64,000 bases of DNA from Candidatus Latescibacterota bacterium (lineage in GTDB: Bacteria; Latescibacterota; UBA2968; UBA8231): positions 3,808,001 through 3,872,000 of the forward strand of contig OZ220089.1 of the NCBI GenBank assembly GCA_964291625.2, in the 5' to 3' direction. Positions 18,745-28,940 of this stretch are shown here, piece by piece (positions within the stretch are counted from its first letter, which is position 1; each line of letters starts with the position of its first letter). The notes below the pieces were generated by a model, which searched no databases, was not told where the DNA came from, and worked only from the letters and a program-made list of their open reading frames with translations. The position numbers were made by a program, and so were the translations under genes.

Positions 18745-19118
18745 CGCCGCACCTCCCTCTCGCATCCCTGCTGAATGGCCCGTTGCAGCAGCTCCTGCTT
18801 GATCGCCCTCGCGTTACGAGTGCGCGGGAATCCCGCAGGGTGCTCGGGGAAACCATGGTACGAGGCTCCTGGGTTGGTCGGCGCAGCACGATAGACGACA
18901 CCGTCTCGGACCGCGTACAGCCGCTGAGGGTATGGCCGGCTCCAGCGGGGAGGATAGTAGGGAACCGCATCGTCAAGAAGCGCCTGCGCGTCGGACAGGT
19001 TCAACGTCGCGGGACACTTGCCGACAAGGCTCGGCCCGACTTCGACGAACCCGGCATGGTCCTTGTTCCAGTGGTGCTTGCGCTTGGGTTTCTCATCCGG
19101 TTCGTAGAGCCACGGCAT
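18729..19118 (-). CDS. Small hypothetical protein, putative toxin/effector of module A
   Basis: RBS GGGGAG; MPWLYEPDEKPKRKHHW..GKCP..AQALLDDAV..YPQRLYAVRDGVVY..SYHGFP; motif order shared with 46888-47310. Confidence 0.72.
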   Translation of the reverse strand: MPWLYEPDEKPKRKHHWNKDHAGFVEVGPSLVGKCPATLNLSDAQALLDDAVPYYPPRWSRPYPQRLYAVRDGVVYRAAPTNPGASYHGFPEHPAGFPRTRNARAIKQELLQRAIQQGCEREVRRWMNW

Positions 19119-19647
19119 GTCAGTCTCCCCATCCGCCATCAGGGCCAATGCCGTTCTGCCCCCACGGCACGCAGCCGACCGGCTTGGTGAACAACTATAC
19201 GATCTGCCGAGGAATGGTGCGTCGGCTCGCACCGGGTGGACTGGACGGCCGGGCTCGGCTGGGTGAGTACAACCTCGCCGGCCGCGGGCTCGCCGCGCTC
19301 GAGGAAGGGGTCCTCCACCGCCAGGTCGAGGCCGGCCCGGAGCCCTGGTCCTGCCTTCGGAGTTCTCGAGCCGAAGGTCGACCAGGTGCTGTCCGGACGG
19401 CAGGGGCGGCTCGGCTGCCTCCGCGCCGACCGTCGCCTCACCCCGGGCCGCTGGTCCGGCATGGACGCGAAGCAGGTTTGGTGGGTGGCGCCCACGACGA
19501 AAGGGCTTCTCAGTGTGGAAAGAGCATGCGGCTCCCGCCGCCGAGCACGGCCGTTCCCCGGGAACTCCGCTTTCATCGGTGCCATGGGGGGTATACCTTC
19601 GACGCCGGTTCGCCGCAGCGCCCCATCTTCTCGGGAAAGGGAAGCAA

Positions 19648-20817
19648 ATGACCGCCGACTCGCCATCCACCTACCGCGCCCCCGCCTTCGCCGACTCCCT
19701 GCCCGAGCTCGCCGGTCCCGGCGCCACGCCGGAGAGGCTGGCCCACCTGCGGGAGCACGGCTTCGTCATCATCACCGACTTCGTCGACAACCCGTGGATC
19801 CCCGTCCTCCGCGAGGCCGGCCGCCGGATCACCGAGGCGTGCGCTCCGGAGAACGGGTACGACCGCATCGACTGCTCCCGGGGCTACGTCCACCGCGCCG
19901 CCGAGGACGAGCCGTGGGCGATCCGCGGCCTCGTCCACCCCGCCTTCGGGGAGCCGGACTTCGCCGCCTTCCACGGCTCCGACGACTTCCTGGGCTTCAT
20001 CGAGTCCTGGTGCGGCGGGCTGCAGCGGGAGGACCTGGCGTTCTCGGGTCTGCTGCTGTGGTGCAACCCCCGCAAGCGCGAGAACAAGCTCGGCTGGCAC
20101 CGGGACACGACCTGGTGGGGCACCGGCCGGCCCTACCGGGCCCAGGGCGGCGAGGAGCCCGAGGGCCCCGAAGCGTACTCCGAGGAGGTGGAGCGCAAGC
20201 GCTGGAAGGAGATCCAGGAGAGCAACGCCAAGTCGATCACCGAGCGCAACGGCGTGAGCATGTTCCTGGCCCTGACCGACGACGAGTGCCACGAGCTGAT
20301 CCCGGGATCCCACGACCGCTGGCGCACCCCCCTGGAGCACGACGTGCTGCTGCCCAAGGCGATGAAGGAGAAGGGGGTCCCCCACACCCCGAGCTGGAAC
20401 GGCGAGGACCCCCTGCCCGGCCAGACCGCCATCCGCCTCAAGGCCGGGGAGGCCCTCATCCGCAACGGCGCCACGATCCACACCGGCCACTGCGTCCCCG
20501 ACCGCGAGCGCAACACCCTCTCCATCGGCTGGTCGAAGTGGGGCGGCCCCCCCACCGGCGAGCCGACCGTGGCCGACGCCCGCAGTGCCTGGCAGCTCGA
20601 CCCGGCGGTGCGCGAGGCCCTGCCCCACGACTGGATGAAGACCGCCTGGGACCGCTGGGCCGAGACCCAGAAGCTCGGCGACACCCTCGAGGACCGCTAT
20701 GCCGGCTACGACATCAAGCGCATCAAGTCCGGCGAGGTCGTCGGCTGGCGCAGCGAGCTGGAGCGCCAGGCCGCGGCGGCGGGGGAGGACTGGAAGCCGT
20801 TCCAGACGGCGGCGTGA
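19648..20817 (+). CDS. Phytanoyl-CoA dioxygenase (PhyH)-like 2OG-Fe(II) oxygenase
   Basis: HLREHGFVII, LGWHRD (HxD), LIPGSH, LKAGEALI..TIHTG..R jelly-roll motifs. Confidence 0.78.
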   Translation: MTADSPSTYRAPAFADSLPELAGPGATPERLAHLREHGFVIITDFVDNPWIPVLREAGRRITEACAPENGYDRIDCSRGYVHRAAEDEPWAIRGLVHPAFGEPDFAAFHGSDDFLGFIESWCGGLQREDLAFSGLLLWCNPRKRENKLGWHRDTTWWGTGRPYRAQGGEEPEGPEAYSEEVERKRWKEIQESNAKSITERNGVSMFLALTDDECHELIPGSHDRWRTPLEHDVLLPKAMKEKGVPHTPSWNGEDPLPGQTAIRLKAGEALIRNGATIHTGHCVPDRERNTLSIGWSKWGGPPTGEPTVADARSAWQLDPAVREALPHDWMKTAWDRWAETQKLGDTLEDRYAGYDIKRIKSGEVVGWRSELERQAAAAGEDWKPFQTAA

Positions 20818-21815
20818 GGGTCCCGCGGGCAGAGGTGAACGGCCCCGGGGCAAGCCGCGCCATCGTCGGGGTGGAGCCCTTCGACACCGGTTTCGGCGGC
20901 GGCTTCCAGGCCCGCGTCGACGCCCCCGAGGCGCTGGCCTGCGAGCTGGTCGAGGATGACGGGGCCTTCCGCGTCCATTCGCCTGCGGCGGCGCAGCGCC
21001 CCCGGCGCCTGGCCTTCGTCGACGGGACGATGCGCGTCGAGGCGGGACTCACCCTCACCGGCGAGCAGGGGACGGTGGCCGGCCTCGCGGGGAGCTGGGG
21101 AGCGGGCGCGGTGGTGGTCGATGGCCGGCAGCCGCTGAGCTTCGACCGGGTCGCGGTGGGGCGGTCGGCGATCTTCACCGCGGGGCAGCGCGTCGAGCTT
21201 CCTCCGCAGCCCGGCGGATGGTCCTGGGAGGCGGACTCCATCACCGGCACCGAGCTGGAGGCCGCCCGCGACCGCCTGCGCCGGCGGATGCGGGACACGG
21301 AGGCCGATATCGCCGAGGGGCTTTCCGAGAAGGGGTGGCTGACGGTGATCGACGGGCCCCTGCACAACATCCGCCGCACCCGCACCCTGCCGATCATCGG
21401 CTACGTCAAGACCCATCACCGGCCGATGCTGGCGCCCGAGGCCTGGAACCAGGTGCCGCAACTGCCGTCCGGGGAGCGCTCCGGACTGTTCGCCATGGGC
21501 GACGATCTCTACGGCTGTTACCTGCGCGTCGGGCAGCCGGGGCCCTGGGCCGGGCCGTGGGCCGGCATCGTGCGGCTCGAGGTGCCGGCCGGCGTCGGCC
21601 TCGGGCTGGCCGTGGAGACCGCGGAGGCCGCGGCGAGCTGGCTGCCGGACTTCGCCTCCGCCCCCCACCGGGACGTGCGCGCCCCGGTGAACATGGCGCC
21701 CGTGGCCGGACTGGAGCGCCATCTGCACCACCTCCAGGGAGACCCGCGCCTGGCGCTGCGCGCCGTGAGGGCCGCGGTCCTGCAACTCAACCGCGGGGCC
21801 GGGGAAGAGGCATGA
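20814..21815 (+). CDS. nurA: NurA-family 5'-3' nuclease
   Basis: LAFVDG, VIDGPL, IGYVKTH, ERSGLF, YLRV, GIVRLEV, DVRAPVNMAPVAGLERHL; directly upstream of a HerA ATPase. Start is GTG 20814 or 20835. Confidence 0.8.
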   Translation: MRVPRAEVNGPGASRAIVGVEPFDTGFGGGFQARVDAPEALACELVEDDGAFRVHSPAAAQRPRRLAFVDGTMRVEAGLTLTGEQGTVAGLAGSWGAGAVVVDGRQPLSFDRVAVGRSAIFTAGQRVELPPQPGGWSWEADSITGTELEAARDRLRRRMRDTEADIAEGLSEKGWLTVIDGPLHNIRRTRTLPIIGYVKTHHRPMLAPEAWNQVPQLPSGERSGLFAMGDDLYGCYLRVGQPGPWAGPWAGIVRLEVPAGVGLGLAVETAEAAASWLPDFASAPHRDVRAPVNMAPVAGLERHLHHLQGDPRLALRAVRAAVLQLNRGAGEEA

Positions 21816-23632
21816 GCGACCCGACGCGCATCGGCCTGGTGGACGGCTCGGTGGACAGCGACTCCCGGACCTTCCACGTGGTGCTCGACCCCGAGACGGT
21901 GATCCAGCTCGATGAGCTGGTGACGGTGACCACCGACCTGCCCGACGGCCGCGAGGTCATCCACTACGGGATCGTCACCGAGCTGCTCTCCCGCTTCGAG
22001 GGGGCGGATCTGCCCTCCGACACGGGCCGCGTCATCGACCGGACCCTGCCGGCCGAGCTGGTCCGCCGCGCCCAGGTGCGGGTGCTGCGGGTGCGGCCGG
22101 AGCTGTTCCTCGCGCCCCACGCCGGGGCGGCGGCCACCCGCGCCGAGGGCGACCACCGGAGCTTCGCCCTCTTCGAGGACGAGATGACCCGCGGCAAGCT
22201 GCCCCTGGGGCTGGACATGGGCGGCTCCCCGGTCTACGCCGACATGCGCTTCGTCGACGGCCGCTCGGGCGGCCACGTGTCGATCTCGGGGATCTCGGGC
22301 GTGGCCACCAAGACCTCCTATGCGCTCTTCCTGCTCTACCAGATGCTGGAGACGGAACCGGGCATGGAGCTGCTCGGCGGGCGCGCCCAGCGGGACGGGG
22401 TGCGGGCCCTGGTCTTCAACACCAAGGGCGAGGACCTGCTGCACCTGGACCGCGCCAACAGCGAGTTCGCCGGCAAGCCGGACCAGCACCAGCTGTGGCA
22501 GGCGCTGGGGGTGGACGACCCCGGCCCCTTCCGCTCGGTGCGGCTCTATGCCCCGCGCGGCTCCGCCAGAGGGGACCATCTCACGCCGGAGGTCCACTCC
22601 CGCGCCACGGGCGACGTGGAGGCCTACGGCTGGACGCCGGAGCGGTTCATCCGCGATCAGCTGTTGCAGTTCTGCTTCACCTCCGAGGACGAGCGGGCGA
22701 CGCAGGTCGGCTTCGTGGAGCAGCAGGTGCGGATCCAGCTCCTGCGCCGGCTGCGCCGGCTGGCGGGCGATTCCACGGGCGCCGTGGTGATCGCCCAGCG
22801 GATCCCCGCCGACACCGGCTACAACCCCGACCGCCTGGCCGAGCGCGAGCCGGAGGAGGTCCCCGCCGGGGACGGACACGTGATCCGCCAGTTCGGGGAC
22901 CTGATCGACCTGCTGGACCAGGCCGCCGCCGAGGAGGACGAGGCCTCGGTGGACACCTGGTTCGGCCGCACCCAGAGCGGCACCCGGCAGGCCTTCCTGC
23001 GGCGGCTGCTGCGCCTGCGCCGCCACCTCGGGCCCCTCGTCGGCTGCGGCCTGGAGCCCCTGTCGCTGGAGAACGCCCGTCTCCACGTGGTCGACATCTC
23101 CCGCCTCCACGACGACGCCCAGCGCTTCGTCGTGGGAGCCCTGCTCGACGGCATCTGGCGCGCCAAGCAGGGGACCGGCCGCCTGCCCCTGCGCTTCGTC
23201 GTCCTCGACGAGCTGAACAAGTACGCCCCGGCCCAGGGGTTCTCGCCGCTGAGGGACCTGCTGGTCGATATCGCCGAACGGGGCCGCTCCCTCGGGGTGC
23301 TGCTCATCGGCGCCCAGCAGGCGGCCTCCGCCGTAGCCCAGCCGCTGCCGCGCAACGCCTCGTTGAAGGTGGCCGGCCGCCTCGACGCCAGCGAGTCGGA
23401 GACCTACCGCTTCCTCACCCCGGCCCTGCGCGAGCGCGCCACCCGCTTCATGCCGGGGACCATGGTGGCCTCCCAGCCGATCGTGCCCGAGCCGATTCCC
23501 ATCCGCTTCCCCTTCCCGCCCTTCGCCACCAATCCCGACGAGGCGGCCGCGGACGAGGCCGCGGACCGGCAGCGGACCGACGCGATCCGGAGCAACCTGA
23601 ACGCCATGGCAGGCCCGGACCCGGACCTGTGA
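21812..23632 (+). CDS. herA: HerA-family ATPase/DNA translocase
   Basis: N-terminal HAS-barrel-like region, bacterial HerA Walker A variant SISGISGVATKTSY, FNTKGEDLL, Walker B VVLDELNKYAP, ERGRSLGVLLIGAQQ. Confidence 0.88.
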   Translation: MSDPTRIGLVDGSVDSDSRTFHVVLDPETVIQLDELVTVTTDLPDGREVIHYGIVTELLSRFEGADLPSDTGRVIDRTLPAELVRRAQVRVLRVRPELFLAPHAGAAATRAEGDHRSFALFEDEMTRGKLPLGLDMGGSPVYADMRFVDGRSGGHVSISGISGVATKTSYALFLLYQMLETEPGMELLGGRAQRDGVRALVFNTKGEDLLHLDRANSEFAGKPDQHQLWQALGVDDPGPFRSVRLYAPRGSARGDHLTPEVHSRATGDVEAYGWTPERFIRDQLLQFCFTSEDERATQVGFVEQQVRIQLLRRLRRLAGDSTGAVVIAQRIPADTGYNPDRLAEREPEEVPAGDGHVIRQFGDLIDLLDQAAAEEDEASVDTWFGRTQSGTRQAFLRRLLRLRRHLGPLVGCGLEPLSLENARLHVVDISRLHDDAQRFVVGALLDGIWRAKQGTGRLPLRFVVLDELNKYAPAQGFSPLRDLLVDIAERGRSLGVLLIGAQQAASAVAQPLPRNASLKVAGRLDASESETYRFLTPALRERATRFMPGTMVASQPIVPEPIPIRFPFPPFATNPDEAAADEAADRQRTDAIRSNLNAMAGPDPDL

Positions 23633-24885
23633 AGCTGCTCCACACCTCCGACTGGCACCTGGGGGCGAAGCTCGGCCGGCACGACCGCACGCCGGATCAC
23701 CTGGCGGCGCTCCGGGGGTTGCTGGAGGTGGCCGAGTCCGCGGCGCCCGACCTCATCCTGCACACGGGCGACCTCTTCGACTCCTCCCGGCCGCCCCACG
23801 AGTCACTGAGGCTCGGCGTCACCGCCTTGGGGCGTCTGGCCAAGGTGGCGCCCACCGTGGTGATCGCCGGCAACCACGACTCGCCCATGCTCCTGCACGT
23901 CATCGACGATCTGGCCGCCGCCGCGGACCCCCGCCGGCTGTGGCTGGTGACGAGCCCGGAGGTCCTCTCCTTCCCCGGCCTGGCGGAGCTTCCGGTCAGC
24001 GTGGCCTGCGTGCCCTTCATCCCGCCCGGCGCCATCGCCGACTTCGCGTCGGGCGATCCAGCCCGGTTCGAGGGCGACTACGCCGACGGCATCCAGGCCC
24101 TCAACCGGGGCCTTCTCGACGAGGCGCACCAGGAGGCCGGCTCCGGGGGCATCGTCCTCTACGCCGCGCACCTGCACCTGCAGGGCGCCCGGCCGGGGAA
24201 GTCGGAACGGCGGATCACCGTGGGAGAGGACTACGCCGCTCACGTGGAGGGCTTGCACCGGGCCTCGTACTGCGCCTTCGGCCATATCCACGACCCCCAG
24301 CTGCTGCCGGGCGGGACCGCCCAGGGACGGTACGCCGGCTCCCTGATCCCTCTCGACTTCGGCGAGCGCGAGCGCACCAGGCAGGCGGTGCTGGTGACCG
24401 TGGAGGAGGATGTCCGGGTCGAGACCCGCGACCTGCCGGCCGGCCGGCCCCTCACCGAGTTCGCCGGTACGCTGGCCGACCTGCAGGCCCGCGCCGAGGG
24501 TGGGGGGCTCGACGGCTGCCTCCTGAAAGGGCGGGTCATCTCCGACGATCCGATCCTGGATCTGGCCGACCGGCTGGCCGAGTGGTCGCCCGACTGCGCC
24601 GTCTTCGAGCTGATCAACACCATCACGAGGCAGCCGGTGAAGCCGATCGACCCGGACCGCGAGGGGGATGAGGAGCCGCAGCTCGACGAGCTGTTTCTCG
24701 AGTGGCGGGGGACCGCGGCCCGGGGCATCAAGGCGGCCGACGACGATGTCTGCACCCTGTTCGCACAGGCCCTGGGCGGCGTGGGCCAGGAAGCGAGCCC
24801 CGACTTCGGGCTGACGCCGCTGCTCTCGGATGCGCAGGACGTCCTGGGCCGACTCGCCGCGAGCCGGGACCCCGACGGGGGCTGA
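23629..24885 (+). CDS. sbcD: SbcD/Mre11 nuclease
   Basis: LHTSDWHLG, GDLFD, AGNHDS, AHL, GHIH, YAGS..LDFGE; GTGA overlap. Confidence 0.92.
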   Translation: MKLLHTSDWHLGAKLGRHDRTPDHLAALRGLLEVAESAAPDLILHTGDLFDSSRPPHESLRLGVTALGRLAKVAPTVVIAGNHDSPMLLHVIDDLAAAADPRRLWLVTSPEVLSFPGLAELPVSVACVPFIPPGAIADFASGDPARFEGDYADGIQALNRGLLDEAHQEAGSGGIVLYAAHLHLQGARPGKSERRITVGEDYAAHVEGLHRASYCAFGHIHDPQLLPGGTAQGRYAGSLIPLDFGERERTRQAVLVTVEEDVRVETRDLPAGRPLTEFAGTLADLQARAEGGGLDGCLLKGRVISDDPILDLADRLAEWSPDCAVFELINTITRQPVKPIDPDREGDEEPQLDELFLEWRGTAARGIKAADDDVCTLFAQALGGVGQEASPDFGLTPLLSDAQDVLGRLAASRDPDGG

Positions 24886-24886
24886 C

Positions 24887-27800
24887 TTGCGGCCCCTGCA
24901 TATCACCATCGAAGGCCTGCGGTCGTTTCGCCCGGCCGTCTCCATCGACTTCACCGGCCGCGACCACCTCGCCATCGTGGGCGACACGGGGGCGGGGAAG
25001 TCGTCCATCCTGGAGGCGATGACCTACGCCCTCTACGGCCAGACGACGTTCACCGCCCACGCCAACCAGGAGCTGGTGAACGACACCTCGACCCACCTGC
25101 GGGTCGTGCTTCGGTTCGAGGTCACCGGCCAGACGTGGGAGGTGGCGCGCACCTTGCGCCGCGCCGGGGACGGCACGGTGGGGCAGCCCCAGGCCCGGCT
25201 CCGCAGGCTCGGCCGCGCCGGCGAGACGGTGGAGCAGGTCGAGCAGGTCCGCCGCGTCAACGACCGCGTCAAGACGCTGATCGGGCTCGACAGCGATGCC
25301 TTTCTGCGCACCGTCATCCTGCCCCAGGGCCGCTTCGCCCGCCTGCTGGTGGAGGACGAGCCGCGCGACCGCGGCCGGATCCTGAGGCAGGTCTGGCGCA
25401 CCGACGAGCTGGAGGCGGCCGGAGCGCTGGCCGGCGAGGCCCGACAGGAGGCGGCGACCCTGCGGGCCCGACTGGGGCAGGCGGCCTCCGCCTACCCCGA
25501 GGATCCCCCGGCGCACCTGGCCCGGCTGATGGCCGCCCAGGCGGAAGCGGTCCTGCGGGCCGAAGCGGCTTCCGAGGACGAACGGGCGGCCAACGAGGCT
25601 CGCGAGGCGATCCTCGCCGCCGAGGGGGAAGGGGAGGCGGCGTCCCGGGTCGCCAGGCGGCTGCGATCGCTGGACACGGGCGCGTTGGCGGACCGGCTCG
25701 ACCCGATCGCCGCCCTCGACCGCCAGCTGCAGGGGGAAGGGGCGGACCTGGAGCAGCGCCAGGCGCGGGCCGAGGAGGAGCTGGCCCGCATCCCGGCGGA
25801 CGACGGCCCCACGAGCGAGGTGGTGGCGGGGGCCCTGGCCACGTTGCGGAGTATCGGCGGCCTGATCGCCGACGGCGAGAGCGCCGCCCGGGAGCTGCGC
25901 GCCCGGGTCGAGGACGCTTCCGGCAAGCGAGTCGAGGCGGAGCGCCTGGCGAAGGAGGCGGCCAGGGCCCGTGAGACGGCGGCGGAGCACGCCGCCGGAC
26001 GGGCCCCCCTCGCCGAAGCCGTCGAGTCCGCCCGGGCCCGCAGGACGGAGGTCGACCGGGGGTACTCCAGGTGCGAGGAACTCGCCGGAGAACTGGATCG
26101 AACACGGACCCGCCTCTCCGAGCTCGGTCGGGAGTCGACCGGGCTCGGCGGCCGCCTGGACGCTGCTCGCGAGCGGGAACGGTGCGCGTCCAGGGCCGCG
26201 GCGCAGGCCGATGAGCACCTGGCCGCGGCGCGGCGGTCGGAGTCGGCGGCGGCGGCGGCCCACGCCCTGCACCCGGGTGACGAGTGCCCCATCTGCCGCC
26301 GCGGTCTTCCCGCCGGCTGGGAAGCCCCGGCCGGCGCCGGGATGGGCGCGGCCCAGGCGGCCGCCGAGGAGGTCCGCCGGGGCGCCAGGGAGGCGGAGAG
26401 AGAGGTGTCGGGCCTCGACGCGGAGGCCCGGGCCCTCGACCGCCAGACCGCCGACGCCGGAGACCGGCTCGCCGCGGTGGAGGAGAGACTCGGAGAGGCG
26501 CGCCGGGAGTTGGCCGGTCATGTCGATCTCGATGCGGAGGCTCACCTTCCCCGGAGAGAGATCCTGCTCGCCCCCCTGGAGGAGGCCGGCAGGAGGGCGG
26601 CGGACCTGCTGACCGAGCACGACCGTGTCCAGGACGAACTGCGCGAGACCTCGTCGGGGCGGGGCCAGGAGGCGAGCGCCGCCCGCGCCGAGGCGGACGG
26701 CGCCGACACGCTCGCCGACCATGCCCGAACGGCGGCGGACCAGGCCCTGCAGCGGCTGGGAGCGGCGGTGCGGTCGGTTCCGCCGCCGTACCGGCCGCAG
26801 CTGGATCTGTTCGGCGACCCTTCGGACCTGCACGAGGTGGATGCCACCCCGGTCAGCGAGCGGACCCAGTCGGCGGAGGCCCGGGAGAAGGTCTTGGCGG
26901 AGAGGGTGGACCAACGACGGCGCCTGGGCCGCGAGCTGGACGAAGTCGAGGCCGCCCGGTCGGACCTGGAGAGGCGGAGGGCCGACGAGGTGGCGGCGGC
27001 GATCGGCGAAATCGTCGACGATCTGAACGGGCACCGCGATGTCCTGGTCGATTCGGTCAGCCGCCTGGGGCTCGGCACGGACATCCCTCCGGCCTCTCCA
27101 CGAGGGAGACAGATGCCATGGCGTCGCGGATCGAGGAGCTGGAGGCGGTGACGGCGGATGTCTCACGTGGGGCGGGGGAGCAGGCGAGGGCCGCTGCTAT
27201 CCGGGTGGATGGTGCGCGAGCGGAACTGACGGCCATCGGCAAGCGACTCGGCGCGGGGATCGACGCCAGCGACCCTGATGCGATTCTGGACGGAGCTCGC
27301 GAGATCGCGGAGATCGCGCGCTCCAGAGAGCGGCAGTCCCGCGAATGCGCGGAGGAGTTCGCCGGGAAGGTTGACGATGTGCGCCGCCTGCGGGCCCTGC
27401 TGGAGGAAGTCGAGGCCAGGGAACGGGCCCTCGGCGACCTCGAGGACGCCCTGAAGCCGGGCGCCTTCCTGAAGTGGCTCACCCTCCGGCGGTCCCGCCG
27501 TCTGCTGGTCCACGCCTCGCGGATGCTCGGCGAGATGAGCGGCGGCAAGTACGCCTTCGTGGACCCCGGGGACAACGAGGAGCAGTGGCTCGTCCTCGAC
27601 CAGGAGTCCGGCCAGCCGCGCTCCCCGGCCAGCCTCTCCGGCGGCGAGCAGTTCGTCGCCTCCCTCTCCCTCGCCCTGGGCATGGTGGAGATGATGGCGC
27701 GCAGCGGCGGCCGGCTGGAGTCCCTCTTCCTCGACGAGGGCTTCGGCGCCCTCGACCGCAACAACCTCGACTCGGCGGTGCAGGCTCTGGCGACGGTCGC

Positions 27801-27993
27801 CGCCAGCGGCCGCATGGTGGGGGTGATCTCCCATGTCCGCGCCGTGGCCGAGCAGATCGACCACGTCCTCGCCGTGACCCGCGACGCCGCGGGAAGCCGG
27901 GCCCGGTGGCTCACGCGCGCGCAGCGGCAGCAACTCGTAGAATCGGATACGGGCTGGGAAGCGGCGTCGGCCCTGGGGGGGTTGCTGGAGTAG
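24887..27993 (+). CDS. sbcC: SbcC/Rad50 SMC-like ATPase; frameshift near 27093
   Basis: GDTGAGKSS Walker A, LPQGRF Q-loop, coiled coil with CPIC zinc hook; second frame gives LSGGEQF, LFLDEGFGALD, VISHV. Confidence 0.9.
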
Positions 27994-28044
27994 GGGGACA
28001 GTAACGTGGAGCCGCGGATCCCCCAGAACCTGGAGAGCCGCCCC

Positions 28045-28940
28045 ATGGATGACACACCGCACGGAGCACAGACATCGGAGGAGACACCGGCCAGCGCCTG
28101 GGACCGCGATGCGGCCAAGCGTGCTCTGGATGACCTCTTCAGTATCGCCAGCAAGTACAGGGCAACTGAGGCATACAGGGAATTGGTGTATTTCGTGGCC
28201 AGATTCCGGTTCTACTCACCGTTCAACGCCCTGCTGATCCACGTTCAGAGACCGGGATCGACCTTCGTTGCTCCGGCCCATCGGTGGCGTGGCAAGTACA
28301 AGAGAGAGATATGTGGCCTACGTGCATGGGGCCGGGAGTTGAGGCGTCCTGCCCCTCCCTTCACCAATCCGTTCCGGACGAGCGGTGAAACCATCGGCTG
28401 TGGACTCCCTCGGGTTATCGAGAATGGAAAGCGGGACGGCGTCCGCGTAAGGAGTGCCTCTCTTGGATCTCAAGGGGCCGGTTCCATCAGGATCAGGGTC
28501 TCGGGGGGTGCAATCTCACAGAAGTTCCAGGACGGATGGGACAGAGATCGAAGGCCGACCTATGTCGATGTTCCGGTCGGATACGATCTCCTGGTCAACT
28601 CGGAGCACACCCCGGAGGAACGGTATGCCACCGTCGCTCACGAGCTCGCTCACCTGTACTGTGGCCACCTTGGCTCTCCAGATCCCAAGTGGTGGCCAGA
28701 CCGACGGGGCTTGCAGAAGGACGCGATAGAGTTCGAGGCCGAGTCCATCTCCTACATCGTCTGCGCCAGGCGCGGGATCAGGACCTCGTCGGCGCGGTAT
28801 CTGGCGTCTATGTCGACCGCAATGCCGAAGTTCCCCCCATCAGTCTTGAGCTCGTCATGAAGACCGCCGGACTCATCGAGTCCATGACCAACCGGCGGCT
28901 GAGGCCTCGTGAGACAAGTCCTCGCAGGGGGCGTAGGTGA
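28045..28940 (+). pseudogene. ArdC-like ssDNA-binding domain plus HExxH zincin; apparent internal deletion and frameshift
   Basis: FRFYSPFNALLIHVQRPG..RW (ArdC-N), ATVAHELAHLYCGH, EFEAES; sequence looks disrupted after KYKREI (~28310) and the frame changes near 28806. Confidence 0.65.

Noticed and set aside
19140-19640. Possible gene remnant between module A and the PhyH-like gene
   Set aside because: Coding-like fragments appear on both strands and in different frames; strand and family could not be assigned.
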